From NCBI GenBank assembly GCA_963779615.1, contig CAVZZA010000001.1, positions 384,001 to 448,000 on the forward strand: a stretch of DNA of 64,000 bases, written 5' to 3'. Positions 51,928-63,405 of the stretch are shown here, in pieces (position 1 is the first letter of the stretch; each line of letters opens with the position of its first letter). The notes beneath the pieces are model-generated. The model was given only the letters and a program-made list of their open reading frames with translations. It did not search any database and was not told the origin of the DNA. Source of the stretch: an uncultured Nitrososphaeraceae archaeon (GTDB lineage Archaea; Thermoproteota; Nitrososphaeria; Nitrososphaerales; Nitrososphaeraceae). Position numbers and translations under genes: made by a program.

Positions 51928-53730
51928 TTGAGCAAGCCTACTCTTTTTGTCAGAAGAAGGAAAGAAATAATCATTGCTTCAATAATAATCATAATTGCTG
52001 TATCCTATTTTTTGTTATTCTTCCAACAAAATATTGCAGAGCAGAACATTAGAGACAGTCTTTTTGTGGCCCACAGAAACAATCAGATAGAGACAACAAA
52101 AGGCATTTCAGGGCACGTCAGTTCAGACCTTGGGCTAGTGACGTCAATCCTTCAAGGGTTATCAGATTCTGGTTATTTGCAGCAGGGAGAACTGTATGGC
52201 GACAGGGTTGGGAACCTAATTGAAGAACGGTTCAATCAAATTAAGAAGATCAGTAAAATTGACGGGCTGTTCATTGCGGATAGAAACAACATAATAACGT
52301 ACAACAAAGTATCAGAAGGGCAAAGGAGTTTTGTCAACATAGACATTTCATTCAGAGATTATGTGAGGGAAACAAAGAGTAACTTAAGCCCTGTATTTTC
52401 AAATGGTTTTAAAGGAATTGACGGCACCTATAAAATAGCATTAACCTTTCCAATAATAAACAGGGACAGCAAAGAATACATGGGAATGGTTGGGGTGGAA
52501 ATACCCTCTGTTGACTTCTTTGCACGCTATGGAAATGTGTATAACATCGATTCAAGTTTTTTGGTGGCATATGACAGAAACTCAAATTATATATCCACAC
52601 CCAGAACAAACTTTTTAGGGGAGAGCCTGTTTAGCAGCGAGGTTCAACGCTTTTTCAATTTTAATGACATTCAAAACAAATATTACCGCAATGTTTTTGA
52701 TGGTCAACTGTTTGGCAGTTATGCCATGTATGACTTTGGGACCGGGGAAAGGCTAAACACGGGATATCCTGTTTCTGTCGATGGAAAATCCAAATATTTT
52801 ATTTTCGTAATTACACCCACCGCATCGGTTTACTCTGACATCAACAAGACTTTATCTGCAGAAAGGTCAAAGTTTTTTTTGTTGATTGCTGGCATTACCG
52901 CTGCAATTCTAATTTTGATTCTGTTTTTAGTAAAACTCAACAGCATATTGAATGAACAGGTAAATAGAAGAACAAAGGATTTAGAGGAATCGAACAAACG
53001 CCTTAAAGCAGCTAATGAACAGCTCAATATCCACGACAAGATGCAAAAAGAATTCATAAACATAACAGCTCATGAATTAAGAACACCAATACAACCAATA
53101 CTTGTCTTGACAGAATATATCAGAAACAGAGCAAAGGATAAAGAGCAAATCGAACTGCTCGACATCATTATAAAAAATTCAAAGAGATTGAAGAGCCTGG
53201 CGGAGGAGATTTTGGATGTTACAAGGATAGAGAGGGGTGTCCTAAGCCTAAACAAGGAAAGATTTTGTCTCAATGAGCTTATAGTTGACACCATTAAAGA
53301 ATTGCAGAACATTATAGACAATAACAAGAAAATAAAATTTGAAATTGACATTCAGAGCAGTGATCCTGTTTTAATGTATGCAGATAAAAGCAGAATAAGA
53401 CAAGTGTTATCCAATCTAATCAGTAATTCTATAAAGTTTATCTCCAATGAAGGAACAATATCATTGAGGGTTGAAAGGAGAAAAACTGATGGTGATGGAG
53501 GCGATAGCAAAGAAATTATTGTTGTCAGCATAAAGGATACAGGTATTGGCATAGACGCAGCAATAATGCCAAAGTTATTTACAAAGTTTGCCTCAAAATC
53601 CTTCCAAGGCACAGGGTTGGGGTTGTACATATCTAAAAACATAGTCGAGTCCCATGGTGGAAAGATATGGGCCGAAAACAATAAGGACGGGAAAGGAGCA
53701 ACGTTCTCATTTAGCCTACCCGTTATTTGA
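51928..53730 (+). CDS. membrane sensor histidine kinase with an extracytoplasmic Cache-like domain
   Basis: Two TM helices, SFRDY Cache motif, HELRTP H-box, NLISNSIKF, DTGIG, GTGLGL. Confidence 0.95.
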   Translation: MSKPTLFVRRRKEIIIASIIIIIAVSYFLLFFQQNIAEQNIRDSLFVAHRNNQIETTKGISGHVSSDLGLVTSILQGLSDSGYLQQGELYGDRVGNLIEERFNQIKKISKIDGLFIADRNNIITYNKVSEGQRSFVNIDISFRDYVRETKSNLSPVFSNGFKGIDGTYKIALTFPIINRDSKEYMGMVGVEIPSVDFFARYGNVYNIDSSFLVAYDRNSNYISTPRTNFLGESLFSSEVQRFFNFNDIQNKYYRNVFDGQLFGSYAMYDFGTGERLNTGYPVSVDGKSKYFIFVITPTASVYSDINKTLSAERSKFFLLIAGITAAILILILFLVKLNSILNEQVNRRTKDLEESNKRLKAANEQLNIHDKMQKEFINITAHELRTPIQPILVLTEYIRNRAKDKEQIELLDIIIKNSKRLKSLAEEILDVTRIERGVLSLNKERFCLNELIVDTIKELQNIIDNNKKIKFEIDIQSSDPVLMYADKSRIRQVLSNLISNSIKFISNEGTISLRVERRKTDGDGGDSKEIIVVSIKDTGIGIDAAIMPKLFTKFASKSFQGTGLGLYISKNIVESHGGKIWAENNKDGKGATFSFSLPVI

Positions 53731-54060
53731 TAATCAATTAATTTTCATAAACAAGATTTAATGGTGCTTTAAAAAAGCAATTTGTTTTTTCACATAAAAT
53801 AGTTTTAGAAATCCGAGCATCTGGGCAAAAAATGTTTTAATATTTGAATATCAAGTTTATTTTTCTTATTCTTTATTGTTAATCCGAATGCAATTGTTAT
53901 TGTGAAAGAAAAAAAATGTTTTTTGGTATGCATGTGCATATTATTGTTGTTTTCTTAACTGCAAATTCATAAAGTATCCACTGATCTTAGTGGTCTGTTT
54001 TTTTTAGTCTCACTTAAGAGACTGTCCAGAGGTTAAAGAACAGGGATAAATTTTGGGAAA

Positions 54061-54681
54061 TCACTTTTTATTTGGCTCCCCCTCGGCAGTTTTTGGTTTT
54101 ATTTCATAGTATTTCTGGTCCCATTTGCCTATAATCAGAGACATTGCATTGACGAGGTCGTTAATGCAATTAAAAAAGAATTGCTTTGTCAACCCCTCTG
54201 AAAAAATTATCTTGTATATGTTAATTATTGGGTGTTTGCGAATAACAGAAATTTTCATTGGCAAAATAATTTGTTCTATTTCCAGATAGGCCAGTTCTAT
54301 TTCTCTTGCCCTTTTTTGGTTTTTTAGATGCAACTCTATATTTTTGTCAAGTTCAAATGTGGACCGGATAATAAATGCATCATCCAAATCATTTTGAAAT
54401 TCAAGGAAAAATGGCGTACTAGCCCCTGAAGAATATGGCAGAAGTGGAGACACCTCCGCCTGAAACTGGACACCTTCAATTATGTTTTCTTTTGACCTGT
54501 CAACTACTTTGTATCCCCATTTTTGTAACAAACCGATTAATTCACTGAATTTTGATTCTTTTGTGTTGATTGACTGGTTTTTATTATCAATAATACCCTG
54601 CTTGTCTTCTTTTCCTTTTTCATTATCTACTGTCGATGCAGTAATTGGTTTCGTTGTAGCAGAGTCAGCTGATGTAGACAT
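54061..54681 (-). CDS. hypothetical protein
   Basis: 206-aa ORF. Confidence 0.75.
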   Translation of the reverse strand: MSTSADSATTKPITASTVDNEKGKEDKQGIIDNKNQSINTKESKFSELIGLLQKWGYKVVDRSKENIIEGVQFQAEVSPLLPYSSGASTPFFLEFQNDLDDAFIIRSTFELDKNIELHLKNQKRAREIELAYLEIEQIILPMKISVIRKHPIINIYKIIFSEGLTKQFFFNCINDLVNAMSLIIGKWDQKYYEIKPKTAEGEPNKK

Positions 54682-54924
54682 GCTTTTTCAATTAATGTGT
54701 ATATTATTTAAATATCAATTGTGGTTTTCAGGCCCATTGCCCCTTCCATCACCAAACCCTATAACTTGATTTTCTCCATGCACATTTTTAAAACCTTTAT
54801 GATGCACATCACAAGGATGTGGTTTGGCATCATGAGGAATTGAATATTTGTTTATTGAAAAATAATGATTCTGACAATTAATTCACATGTTAAACCGATT
54901 CATGTCTTGTAATGAATACGGATT

Positions 54925-55425
54925 GAATTTTGAACAGGCGTAGTCTGGCATTGGGGGCCACTGTTATCGATGGGAATCCTACAGACTCGGCGATTTCTTT
55001 GCTTATAGGAAAGAAGGAGTGACCCGGATTGCCCATGATGGAGGATATGCATGTCATATGGTTGCCCCAATGCCAGCATGGGCTTACCCCTGAGGTGCGT
55101 TCACCCAAAGAAATCGCACCCTAATGAGTGCAGGAATTATTAGATTAATGCTCTTCGAAATAGTGGTGCCTTGGTGCAGGCGAAGTTTGACCACGGATAT
55201 ACAGTTGCCACTAAAGTGGACTTAAAGGCTATTGCTATTGCGGGATGGAAGAAACGAAGAGTCATAAAAAATTGGGCAAAGCATTAGATTGAAAGTCAAT
55301 CGCAAAACCCATCAGGAGAGCGCCTTAGCCTGTGAGGAGCCAAGGTCATCCTTTATACTGCGGCAAAGGGAAAGGCAATGACTTCAATCCCAAGTGGTCT
55401 AGGTGTCAACGGGAAGATCATGCCA
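54925..55425 (+). pseudogene. possible IS200/IS605 TnpB C-terminal remnant
   Basis: GC-richer patch; fragments LGATVIDGNP, PWC and DHGYTVATKV loosely resemble TnpB 'G-V-VNP', CxxC and DRD-NAA-NI. Confidence 0.3.
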
Positions 55426-55812
55426 TTGGCGCTCCTCATTAGCCTTGAAGAGCCTATATTATCATAGCTCACAGGACATCAGCCAATGGTGGATGGCAGT
55501 GACTCCATAAAACCGCATGGTACGCTCCTATGCCGTGCCCCTTTTTTGGTGAGGCTTGTATGCGAAATCTTCCCCCCCCTTGACCGTTATTAGAGACTTT
55601 TGACCCATGAGCGGTAAGGCGTTTAGGGTATCCTCTCCATGTAGTTGTAATAGGAGAAGAGGAGGAAGAAGGATATACAGACTATTATTAGTACACCCTA
55701 ATATGCTTTGGGTATCTTCAGACACCAACCAGCCGCCATGACGGTAGCCGATAACATAAACTTGGCCCATGGAGTCCCAAACAAATCCCTCTCCTATTAC
55801 CAAGAAAACTTT

Positions 55813-55860
55813 TGACGGTTTTTTTGACGGAGTTGACGGACAAAATGACGGATATGACGG
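55813..55860 (+). repeat. five TGACGG direct repeats, iteron- or operator-like
   Basis: TGACGG at 55813, 55825, 55834, 55846 and 55855. Confidence 0.8.
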
Positions 55861-55911
55861 GTTTTGTATTTTCTTTATAAGCGTTTTCCATTATACACAT
55901 ATGTAAAAGGG

Positions 55912-57155
55912 TTGACCAACACAAGCCAGTCAGTTAAGTCGCTAGTGATACGGGGCTACCTAAATGGCAAAACAAGGGATCAGATTGCCCTTGATGCCGG
56001 CATATCAGCTGGCAGGGCATCTAGCATAATCAAGGATTGGAAAAAGGGAATAGACATGCCCAATATTGAAGAGGTAAGGTATTTTTCAATCACGGTTAGA
56101 AATTCAGGCATGTCCATAAGCCAATGTGCGCAAGGCTCTAGGACGTTACAGTTGTTAAAGAACCTTAGCAATGGAGAGGATGGTGATGGTGATGGTGATG
56201 CCAGCAATGAAATGACCTCGTTCATAGAGTCAATCCACATACACTGCAAAAATTTAGGGATAAACCCTGCCATTGTTCTTTTGTGGATCAAAGATTTGCT
56301 TGATTGCAATCTTTATCCTAACGAAAGAGGGACTCAAGCGCATATGGGAATATTGCCAAGAAACTCAATTTCCAATCCTCTCAGAGATAAAATTGATTCA
56401 GGTTCACAAATAGAGCAAGGCTCATCACCATCTCCTGATATCAAAGCACCCTTTATCTCCCAGGTTTCCAATCTCATCGCTCAAAAGAGAAAAGAGTGTT
56501 AAACTTGAAACCTACAGAAAAAAGATAAAGGAGGAAATAGAAAAGGCAAGGTCTCAAAGGGTACAATCAGAAAAGGAACTTGCCAAGCTAATCCATGATT
56601 TTAAGGTGAATGGATACGACCCTGCTAAAATAATAAACGAATATACAAGCTCGCTATCACTCAGGCTGGAAATAAAGGAAAACGAAAACAAGATTAAGGA
56701 GCTTTGGCGACAGAGAAAATCTTTACAAAACTTGGTTTCTTTCCTAGGCTCACAGGCAAACATGCATAGGCAAACCATGAATGCGTTTAGGGAACTGGAA
56801 GCAATGGGTTTTGGACTTTCAGATCTAAAACAAATATGGTACACTATATCAGAAATAGCAAACTATAAAAAATTACAGCCAAAGAGGCAGTATCATTTTT
56901 CATAAAAGATGTGGAAGAACAATATTATAGCAAACCAATATTTGAAGACAAGGTTAAAGAAGAAAGAAATGACCTGGATCAATTAAAAAAAGAGGCATAT
57001 AAATACAGGCGAATATTACAAGGGCAACCTTTCATTGGGTCCACGCTGCAAAGTCTATTTCAAAATGGGGTTAGCGAACAAGACATCGTTTGAATCAATC
57101 AACTGGCACAGGAATGTAAAAATAATACTTTTTTTGATAATGTTCATCCTGACTA
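55912..57155 (+). pseudogene. HTH + coiled-coil hypothetical protein, fragmented
   Basis: N-terminal GKTRDQIALDAGISAGRASSII HTH; colinear ORFs at 55864, 56606 and 56911 separated by stops or frameshifts. Confidence 0.7.
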
Positions 57156-57473
57156 GGAATTAATCCTTTAGAATCATTTGGAGGGCATGTGTTTTTTGAG
57201 GGATCACAAGTCAGACCATTTGTTGAAAAATCATTGGCTGGAGTATTAGTGTCAGTGCTTGGTGTGCTTCCTGATATAGTATTGTCATCATTTGATTTGG
57301 AGTCTCCGTTACCATCACTGCTTGACCTTAAGTCAGAGTCACCGCCACCATCGGAGCCAGAATCGGATGTTGCGAAAGATGGATGCTTGTCTACAGAAAT
57401 GATTGCAATTGATGTAATAAATCACCCTATAATCCCATTTGCATATTGTGTTGTTCTCCCAATAGCTGCTTTC

Positions 57474-59003
57474 TTACTTCTCGTACAGGTAAATGGATAC
57501 TTTATCGTTTTTATCATGTTTGTTATAATCGTCTCCTCCAAACATCGCCACCCTCTTTGTGCTGTTGGAGGCATAGATCTCCTGTATTGGCTTAGCTGCC
57601 TTATGGTGTGCTAGCCTTTCAAGCATGAGTGGGTCCACCGTCAAAAGAGCTTTTCCGCTGTAGATGGGTATTATGTCATCATAATAATCGACATAATACT
57701 CATTATTTAGATGGAACACGTGCATGGGTATCCATGAATAAAACGGGTTTGAGATCATGGTTATTTTATCATTATCGTGCAGAAATTGCACAAGAAACAT
57801 GACTGCCTCAAAGTAAGGTGAATTATCGCTTGATGTCATCATCACAGCAGCAGTACTTGACAACCCAAAGATCGCAATCCCCGAAACCACAACAAATGGC
57901 AACACCTTCCGCATCTTTTTGTTTCCGGTTATGTGGAACAAGTATTCTATCAGCCTAGCTGCTGCTATGCAGGCCACGGGTAAAATTGGTATGAAATGCC
58001 ACTGCGAGACAAACCCAATAACATAGAGGAAGATCAAAAACGGAATGGTCCACAGCAAAAGAAAGAGATCCCTTTTTATCGATGCAAAAACCAGGCCCGC
58101 AATACCAAGCAATAGTAAAACTGGGTCAATTTGAAAGTTGTAGTTTAGGCTGTAAAACAATGTTTGCACCCCCCTGTGTGTCTGCCACAACACACCATCC
58201 AACCACAGATCAAGCTGACCATGGTATGCGGCATACATGGGCCAAGCTAGCGGAATCAAAATGACAGGCAAAAGCCATAATCCGATTGCCTTCAGGTTTC
58301 TATCATTAGTTTGATAGGATAGGAACCCGACCAATGGAATAAGCGTAAATGCCGGAATTTTTGTGAATATGGCCAATCCCAAAAAAACGCCGGATAGCAA
58401 AATCGATAAAATTCTTCTTCCTTTATATTCATTTTTATTTTTATTTTTAATGCTGTTTTCATGGTTTCTGGCCGATTCTTTTGCATAATATACAGCAAAC
58501 AATATCGAAGACAAAATAAGGGGCAGCTGGATAGGCTCTAACCACACCCTTCTCAATAACCAAGTTGTCATGGGCATTACTGCAAATAGAATCGATGCAA
58601 TAAATGCAACGTTTCTGTTGTAGCGTATCTCGGCTATCTTGTATATAAGAAAGGTATCCGCTACAGCAAGTATTCCCATCAATATCCTTGGTACAAGGTA
58701 AAGCATTTCAATGGAACCCACATCACCGATAGACGGACCGAGTGAATCAGGATATCCAATCACCTTAAATATGCTCGCCAAAAAGAGTTGTGCAAAGTAT
58801 GGATGGTCGTAAAGCAGTGACTCTTGGGGCCCTTGGCCAATCAACACATGCATAGCCCTGCGTAGGTATATCCCCTCATCATTGGATGGGCCATACGGAA
58901 ACCCCAGGGGATTCCAGAGGTGAGTAAATGCTGTAATTATGCCAGGCAAAACTAACAGCAGTATTGAAATGGCTCTGGGAGAGATACTCAGGCTAAAATG
59001 CAA
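57474..59003 (-). CDS. GT-C fold glycosyltransferase (ArnT/PMT, GT39/83-like)
   Basis: NDEGIY, YDHP, GLAIFTK, many TM helices. Confidence 0.88.
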   Translation of the reverse strand: MHFSLSISPRAISILLLVLPGIITAFTHLWNPLGFPYGPSNDEGIYLRRAMHVLIGQGPQESLLYDHPYFAQLFLASIFKVIGYPDSLGPSIGDVGSIEMLYLVPRILMGILAVADTFLIYKIAEIRYNRNVAFIASILFAVMPMTTWLLRRVWLEPIQLPLILSSILFAVYYAKESARNHENSIKNKNKNEYKGRRILSILLSGVFLGLAIFTKIPAFTLIPLVGFLSYQTNDRNLKAIGLWLLPVILIPLAWPMYAAYHGQLDLWLDGVLWQTHRGVQTLFYSLNYNFQIDPVLLLLGIAGLVFASIKRDLFLLLWTIPFLIFLYVIGFVSQWHFIPILPVACIAAARLIEYLFHITGNKKMRKVLPFVVVSGIAIFGLSSTAAVMMTSSDNSPYFEAVMFLVQFLHDNDKITMISNPFYSWIPMHVFHLNNEYYVDYYDDIIPIYSGKALLTVDPLMLERLAHHKAAKPIQEIYASNSTKRVAMFGGDDYNKHDKNDKVSIYLYEK

Positions 59004-59550
59004 CTAGAATTCAGAAGAGTAATATATGCTCTGTATAAATTTGTTTATTGCATACCAATTAATCCAAACGGATATGCAACGCAATTGGTAACTTATTCCC
59101 ACACAAAATCTGCCCGGTTATTTTCGGGGTATCCACATAATAGGAATACAACCGTAAAAGAAATTACCATCTAAGAACTGTCTGCAGCACGGCATTGGTC
59201 ACCCATTCAAGTGAACAACAGATACAAAGTATTTTCGAAACTAAAGACAAGCCCTTAGGGCAATTGCATTTGTTTATTGTCCTTTGAAATGATATCACAA
59301 AAAAAAATTCTTTTGATCTAGGGCATCGATTATTCATTATGTGGTTTACACAAGACAGTGAATTTTATTAGTATCTATAGAATTGCTTGATCTTAAAATG
59401 TGGTTCAAGCTTTTGAACGGCTCAAAATTAAACATGCGTTAACCAAAATTAGACCAGGTGATTCTGTCTTAAAAAAAGGTTATGCAGGATAACAGCTGAT
59501 TTTTCTGTTTTTCCTTATCCTGAAAAAAAAGATGGGGTTGGTTTATTTTA

Positions 59551-60159
59551 CTATTGTTTTGTTGAGTTTGAGCCTGTAGAATAGGTGCTTGATGCATTAA
59601 CGTTCGAATTGTTTCTGTTAGCATCCTGTACTGCTGCTGTCAACTCTTTGGAGTTTTGCTCAAATGTTTTTGCCGTGTTAACGCTAAGGTTGGACAGGTG
59701 TTTTGAGTTGTCCTTTGCCTGTTGCAACACTGATTTCATTGAGTCCAGGTTTGAGAATATCATGTTGTTTGTGAGTCTGATTGCTGACACTGTGTTGTCT
59801 GCTACATTGCTGACAAATCTGGTGTATGCCTTGGCTATGGAGTCTGGGGATGCAAAGCTTGTAACAACGCTGTTGTAGTTTTCATTGATTGGTCTCCATG
59901 CTGATTGGAGTGAGCTGATGATTTCTTTTTGAGAATCAATAAACTCCTCTGAGATCTCTCTTGCTGTTTGGAGTGATTGCTCCTGGTAGCTGTTCACAAT
60001 GTTGTTGTATTTTGGAATCTGGTTCTTTGACTCGTCTATTGATCTTTTGATGTTGTCTTTGGTCTCGTCAAGTGACCTATTGACTGACTCTTTGAAATCA
60101 TTGTTATTGGTATTATTATTATATGAGTAACTTTCTTGTGTTTCTATTTTCTTTGACAT
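59551..60159 (-). CDS. N/S/Q-rich alpha-helical hypothetical protein
   Basis: 202 aa, amphipathic helices, no Cys, no TM segment. Confidence 0.8.
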   Translation of the reverse strand: MSKKIETQESYSYNNNTNNNDFKESVNRSLDETKDNIKRSIDESKNQIPKYNNIVNSYQEQSLQTAREISEEFIDSQKEIISSLQSAWRPINENYNSVVTSFASPDSIAKAYTRFVSNVADNTVSAIRLTNNMIFSNLDSMKSVLQQAKDNSKHLSNLSVNTAKTFEQNSKELTAAVQDANRNNSNVNASSTYSTGSNSTKQ

Positions 60160-60315
60160 TACCCTATATTAAAAATCATCCTATATAAATGCTGGTATCA
60201 AACGGTTTTTAATACCATTAAGTGACACAAATTGAAAAAGGCTTGTGTATTATATACCAATCCTATAATCAATAAATTAGGGTATGCAGGTGTTTACTCT
60301 TGCCTTGGTTGTGAA

Positions 60316-61395
60316 TCAACATGTTGATTTCTCCATATATTCAGGCTTTTGCTGGGCAATAATTTTTGACAAGCCATTCATGTAGTTTTTGGCAAATGTG
60401 GTTACCGGCTGTGAGGAATACCATATACAGCCAAGCACTTTACAGTCGTGGCAGGTCCTAGCTATCTCCCATTGTGGAGCACTCCAAACTTCCTCTATGC
60501 TCTGTGTTAGCAGATTGTAAGTGTTTTGGGGACTGTTGAATTTCCAGCATGGGACCAAAACCGTACCATTGCCATTAACAAATATGCTTTTCCACACTCC
60601 GCATTCGTCAAAAAGGCCCCTACCATGCTCAATTATTTGTTCAAAATACTGCGCAGGCATCATTATTTGTGGGGAGGAGTGTTTTTTTCTATAGTCAAGT
60701 ATGCTTTCACACACTTTGACCATTGTACGTCTATCCGGAAGCAGAGAGTAATTGACGTCAGACCTGTCTTCCACAAAGGTAAAGGAAACCGCATTGGAGC
60801 CCAACTCCAGTGCCTTATCAAAATAAGACTGGTCAATGAATTCTTCAGTGTTATATTTGGTTATAACACTGTTAAAGTAGTGGGGCACCTTGTATTCGGT
60901 CAAAAGGCGCAAATTATCCATTACCCTACGATATATCAGAGGAGAAACGCCACGCACTTTGCAATATGACTCTTCAAACACAGAATCGATGCTGCAAATG
61001 ACAAATTGAACATACTTTTTTAATTCATTAAGGTCAACGTTATGGAGCAGGGAACAATTAGTAATTAGTGTGATGGGGATTTTTAAGCTGTAAATATGCC
61101 GAACAAGATCCATAAAGTCATGGCGACTAGTTGGTTCCCCGCCTTCTATGATAGACCAAATGCAATACTTTGAAACCTTATCAAAAATCAATTTCCATTG
61201 TTGTGTGGTTAAGTCATTTTTCTTTGCGAATTTGGTTTGGCTAACCTTATCAGGGTCTCCGAAAGGGCACATGGGACAGTAAAAGTTACAGTAATGCGTG
61301 AGGCTGAAAACAGCAACTAATGGGCGTTTCCTCCCCATAACTCTGTTAGCCGACCAATTCCCTAAAAGCTTGATTGTACGAAGCATCTGCTCCAT
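60316..61395 (-). CDS. radical SAM protein with a C-terminal SPASM/twitch-like domain (PTO1314-like)
   Basis: CNFYCPMC, GGEP, C-terminal C...PC...CHDC...C. Confidence 0.9.
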   Translation of the reverse strand: MEQMLRTIKLLGNWSANRVMGRKRPLVAVFSLTHYCNFYCPMCPFGDPDKVSQTKFAKKNDLTTQQWKLIFDKVSKYCIWSIIEGGEPTSRHDFMDLVRHIYSLKIPITLITNCSLLHNVDLNELKKYVQFVICSIDSVFEESYCKVRGVSPLIYRRVMDNLRLLTEYKVPHYFNSVITKYNTEEFIDQSYFDKALELGSNAVSFTFVEDRSDVNYSLLPDRRTMVKVCESILDYRKKHSSPQIMMPAQYFEQIIEHGRGLFDECGVWKSIFVNGNGTVLVPCWKFNSPQNTYNLLTQSIEEVWSAPQWEIARTCHDCKVLGCIWYSSQPVTTFAKNYMNGLSKIIAQQKPEYMEKSTC

Positions 61396-61434
61396 TCAAT
61401 TGTATGTTGAGACGGTAGTATTTATGTGGGCACA

Positions 61435-62135
61435 TTATGCCCTATCCTGCATTGCTCTTGCAAAAAGAAACACAGTTCCCCCCCCCCCACCTCCGGCATC
61501 ATCGGGCGAAAGGCCAACAAATGCTGCGAAGGTTCCAAACACTACTCTAGCCTCTTCTGATTCAAAATTTTCATTGCACCATGAACGCATTGATTGCAGG
61601 TGTTTCCTATATTTTTCGGAACTCACTATTGGCATTTTTCCTCATTTTCCTTTGCTGAACTCAAAGAGCGTGTTGAAGAGTTAATCGATGCAATTACAGA
61701 CGGTTTGTTTGAAAGATACTCACTATACAGATTGTTCCAAGTTTTGCCGTCCTGAGTTGAAAACTTGTTGATTCTGCCAATTGTTTTTTCTATGGATGGA
61801 AACATTGCCGCATATCTGCCGTTTGGGAAAACATGCGAAAAAGATATTCTAGGGTGGATGAGCTCAAATCCATAGTTACAATTTCTAGTTCATCAGGAAC
61901 TGGAGAGAAGTTGGCAAGCTGATAGCCAAAAGCATGAACGTCAGATTTGAAACCAGGGAGGGTTATTTCCCCAGTTATTGTCATGCCCCCTATAGAGCGG
62001 TATTCCTCTAAAGCCAGTACTTTAAGCCCTGCTTTTGCAAGGTAGCAGGCGCAAGTCAGGCCGTTATGCCCTGCGCCTATCACAATAGCGTCAAATTCAG
62101 ACGGGTAATTTTGAGAATCCTTATTATAACACCAT
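61435..62135 (-). pseudogene. phytoene desaturase (CrtI)-like FAD oxidoreductase, truncated and frameshifted
   Basis: FDAIVIGAGHNGLTCACYLAKAG, TLPGFKSD; later frames broken. Confidence 0.8.
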
Positions 62136-62370
62136 ATAAATAAAATAGCGAATATTTACTTTCTAATTTAGTACTGCCATAACATCATATAACCAATTAT
62201 TTTTTCTCTACGGATATAGGCCCTCATTTTGAGTGTTTATTCACCGGTGTATTCACAAATAAACCTCTTGTGCTGGCTGGTCACACAATCATGCTTGGTT
62301 TTTTTGCATGCCGTTACGGTTATTGAATATTAGTACAAAACGAATAAGGAAGAGAGGCATAGGTGTTATT

Positions 62371-62889
62371 ATGGATGAAGAACCAAACAGCCTTGGTGAA
62401 ATTTTCGACAAGCACATAGAGTTTGAGTTTGACAGGGAGGATGTTGATGCAACCATGACCACAATGACGGAAGACCCGTATGTGCACCACGTTCCCACAT
62501 TAACCGGGGGAAGAGGTTATGACGGAGTATACAACTTCTACAAAAACCACTTTATTGGAAAAATGCCAAAGGATTTGAAGATTACCAACATATCGCGCAC
62601 AATTGGAAAAGACCAGGTTGTGGACGAGCTTGTGATAAGTTTCACACATGACACAGAGATTGATTATCTGTTACCTGGAATAGCACCCACAGGCAAATAT
62701 GTTGAGATACCTCACGTGGTAGTAATGAAATTTAGGAATAACAAAATATCTCATGAGCATATATACTGGGACCAGGCATCCGTCCTAGTCCAGGTAGGGC
62801 TTCTCAAACAAGAAAAAATACCGGTAACAGGAATAGAACAAACAAAAAAATTGACAGAGTTTTACAACCCTTCTACCATAGGGGTTTAA
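62371..62889 (+). CDS. SnoaL/ester cyclase (NTF2-like) family protein
   Basis: DVDATMTTM, HVPTLTGG, FTHD-LPG-PTGK, EHIYWDQASVL. Confidence 0.92.
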   Translation: MDEEPNSLGEIFDKHIEFEFDREDVDATMTTMTEDPYVHHVPTLTGGRGYDGVYNFYKNHFIGKMPKDLKITNISRTIGKDQVVDELVISFTHDTEIDYLLPGIAPTGKYVEIPHVVVMKFRNNKISHEHIYWDQASVLVQVGLLKQEKIPVTGIEQTKKLTEFYNPSTIGV

Positions 62890-63405
62890 GTCCCTCCCCC
62901 ATTTTTAAATTCATAACAATAGCCAACGCATTATCAGGTAAGAGATTTAGCGCAGGCCTATAAACAACTCTGGAACCAATGAGGCGGTCATGTGATATGC
63001 TGCATCCCTATTTGAAATCGTTGCATGAAATACTCTCGCCGTAAACATATCCTTTAGCCAGTGGAAGCACAACTGGAACAGCTGTTCACCAACTCCCCCA
63101 CCCCCACCTCCCATCAAAGCCAACCAAACTGATTCAGGCCGATTTTGAGCGGTGCCCCAATTTTTTATGCACAAAAGCATTCTTTGCCCTTTTTTTTGGT
63201 ATTTTTTACATAATAAGTCATAATAAGTCACGTGGGAAAAATCCCTGTCGCCGTAAACAAGAAATGCAAATCATATTGGTTGATATGCTTTTGACAGCAT
63301 TTCAATGCCATTAGTGTGTCAACCCCTTTTGTATTTGTGTTTTTCAATTCTCGAAAACCTGTTTACCAAACAAAAAATTGTGTAAACCGATTAACTGGTT
63401 TCCAT

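Noticed and set aside
57189-57614. 141-aa plus-strand ORF
   Set aside because: It overlaps the glycosyltransferase and is antisense to a low-complexity secreted-protein remnant on the minus strand.
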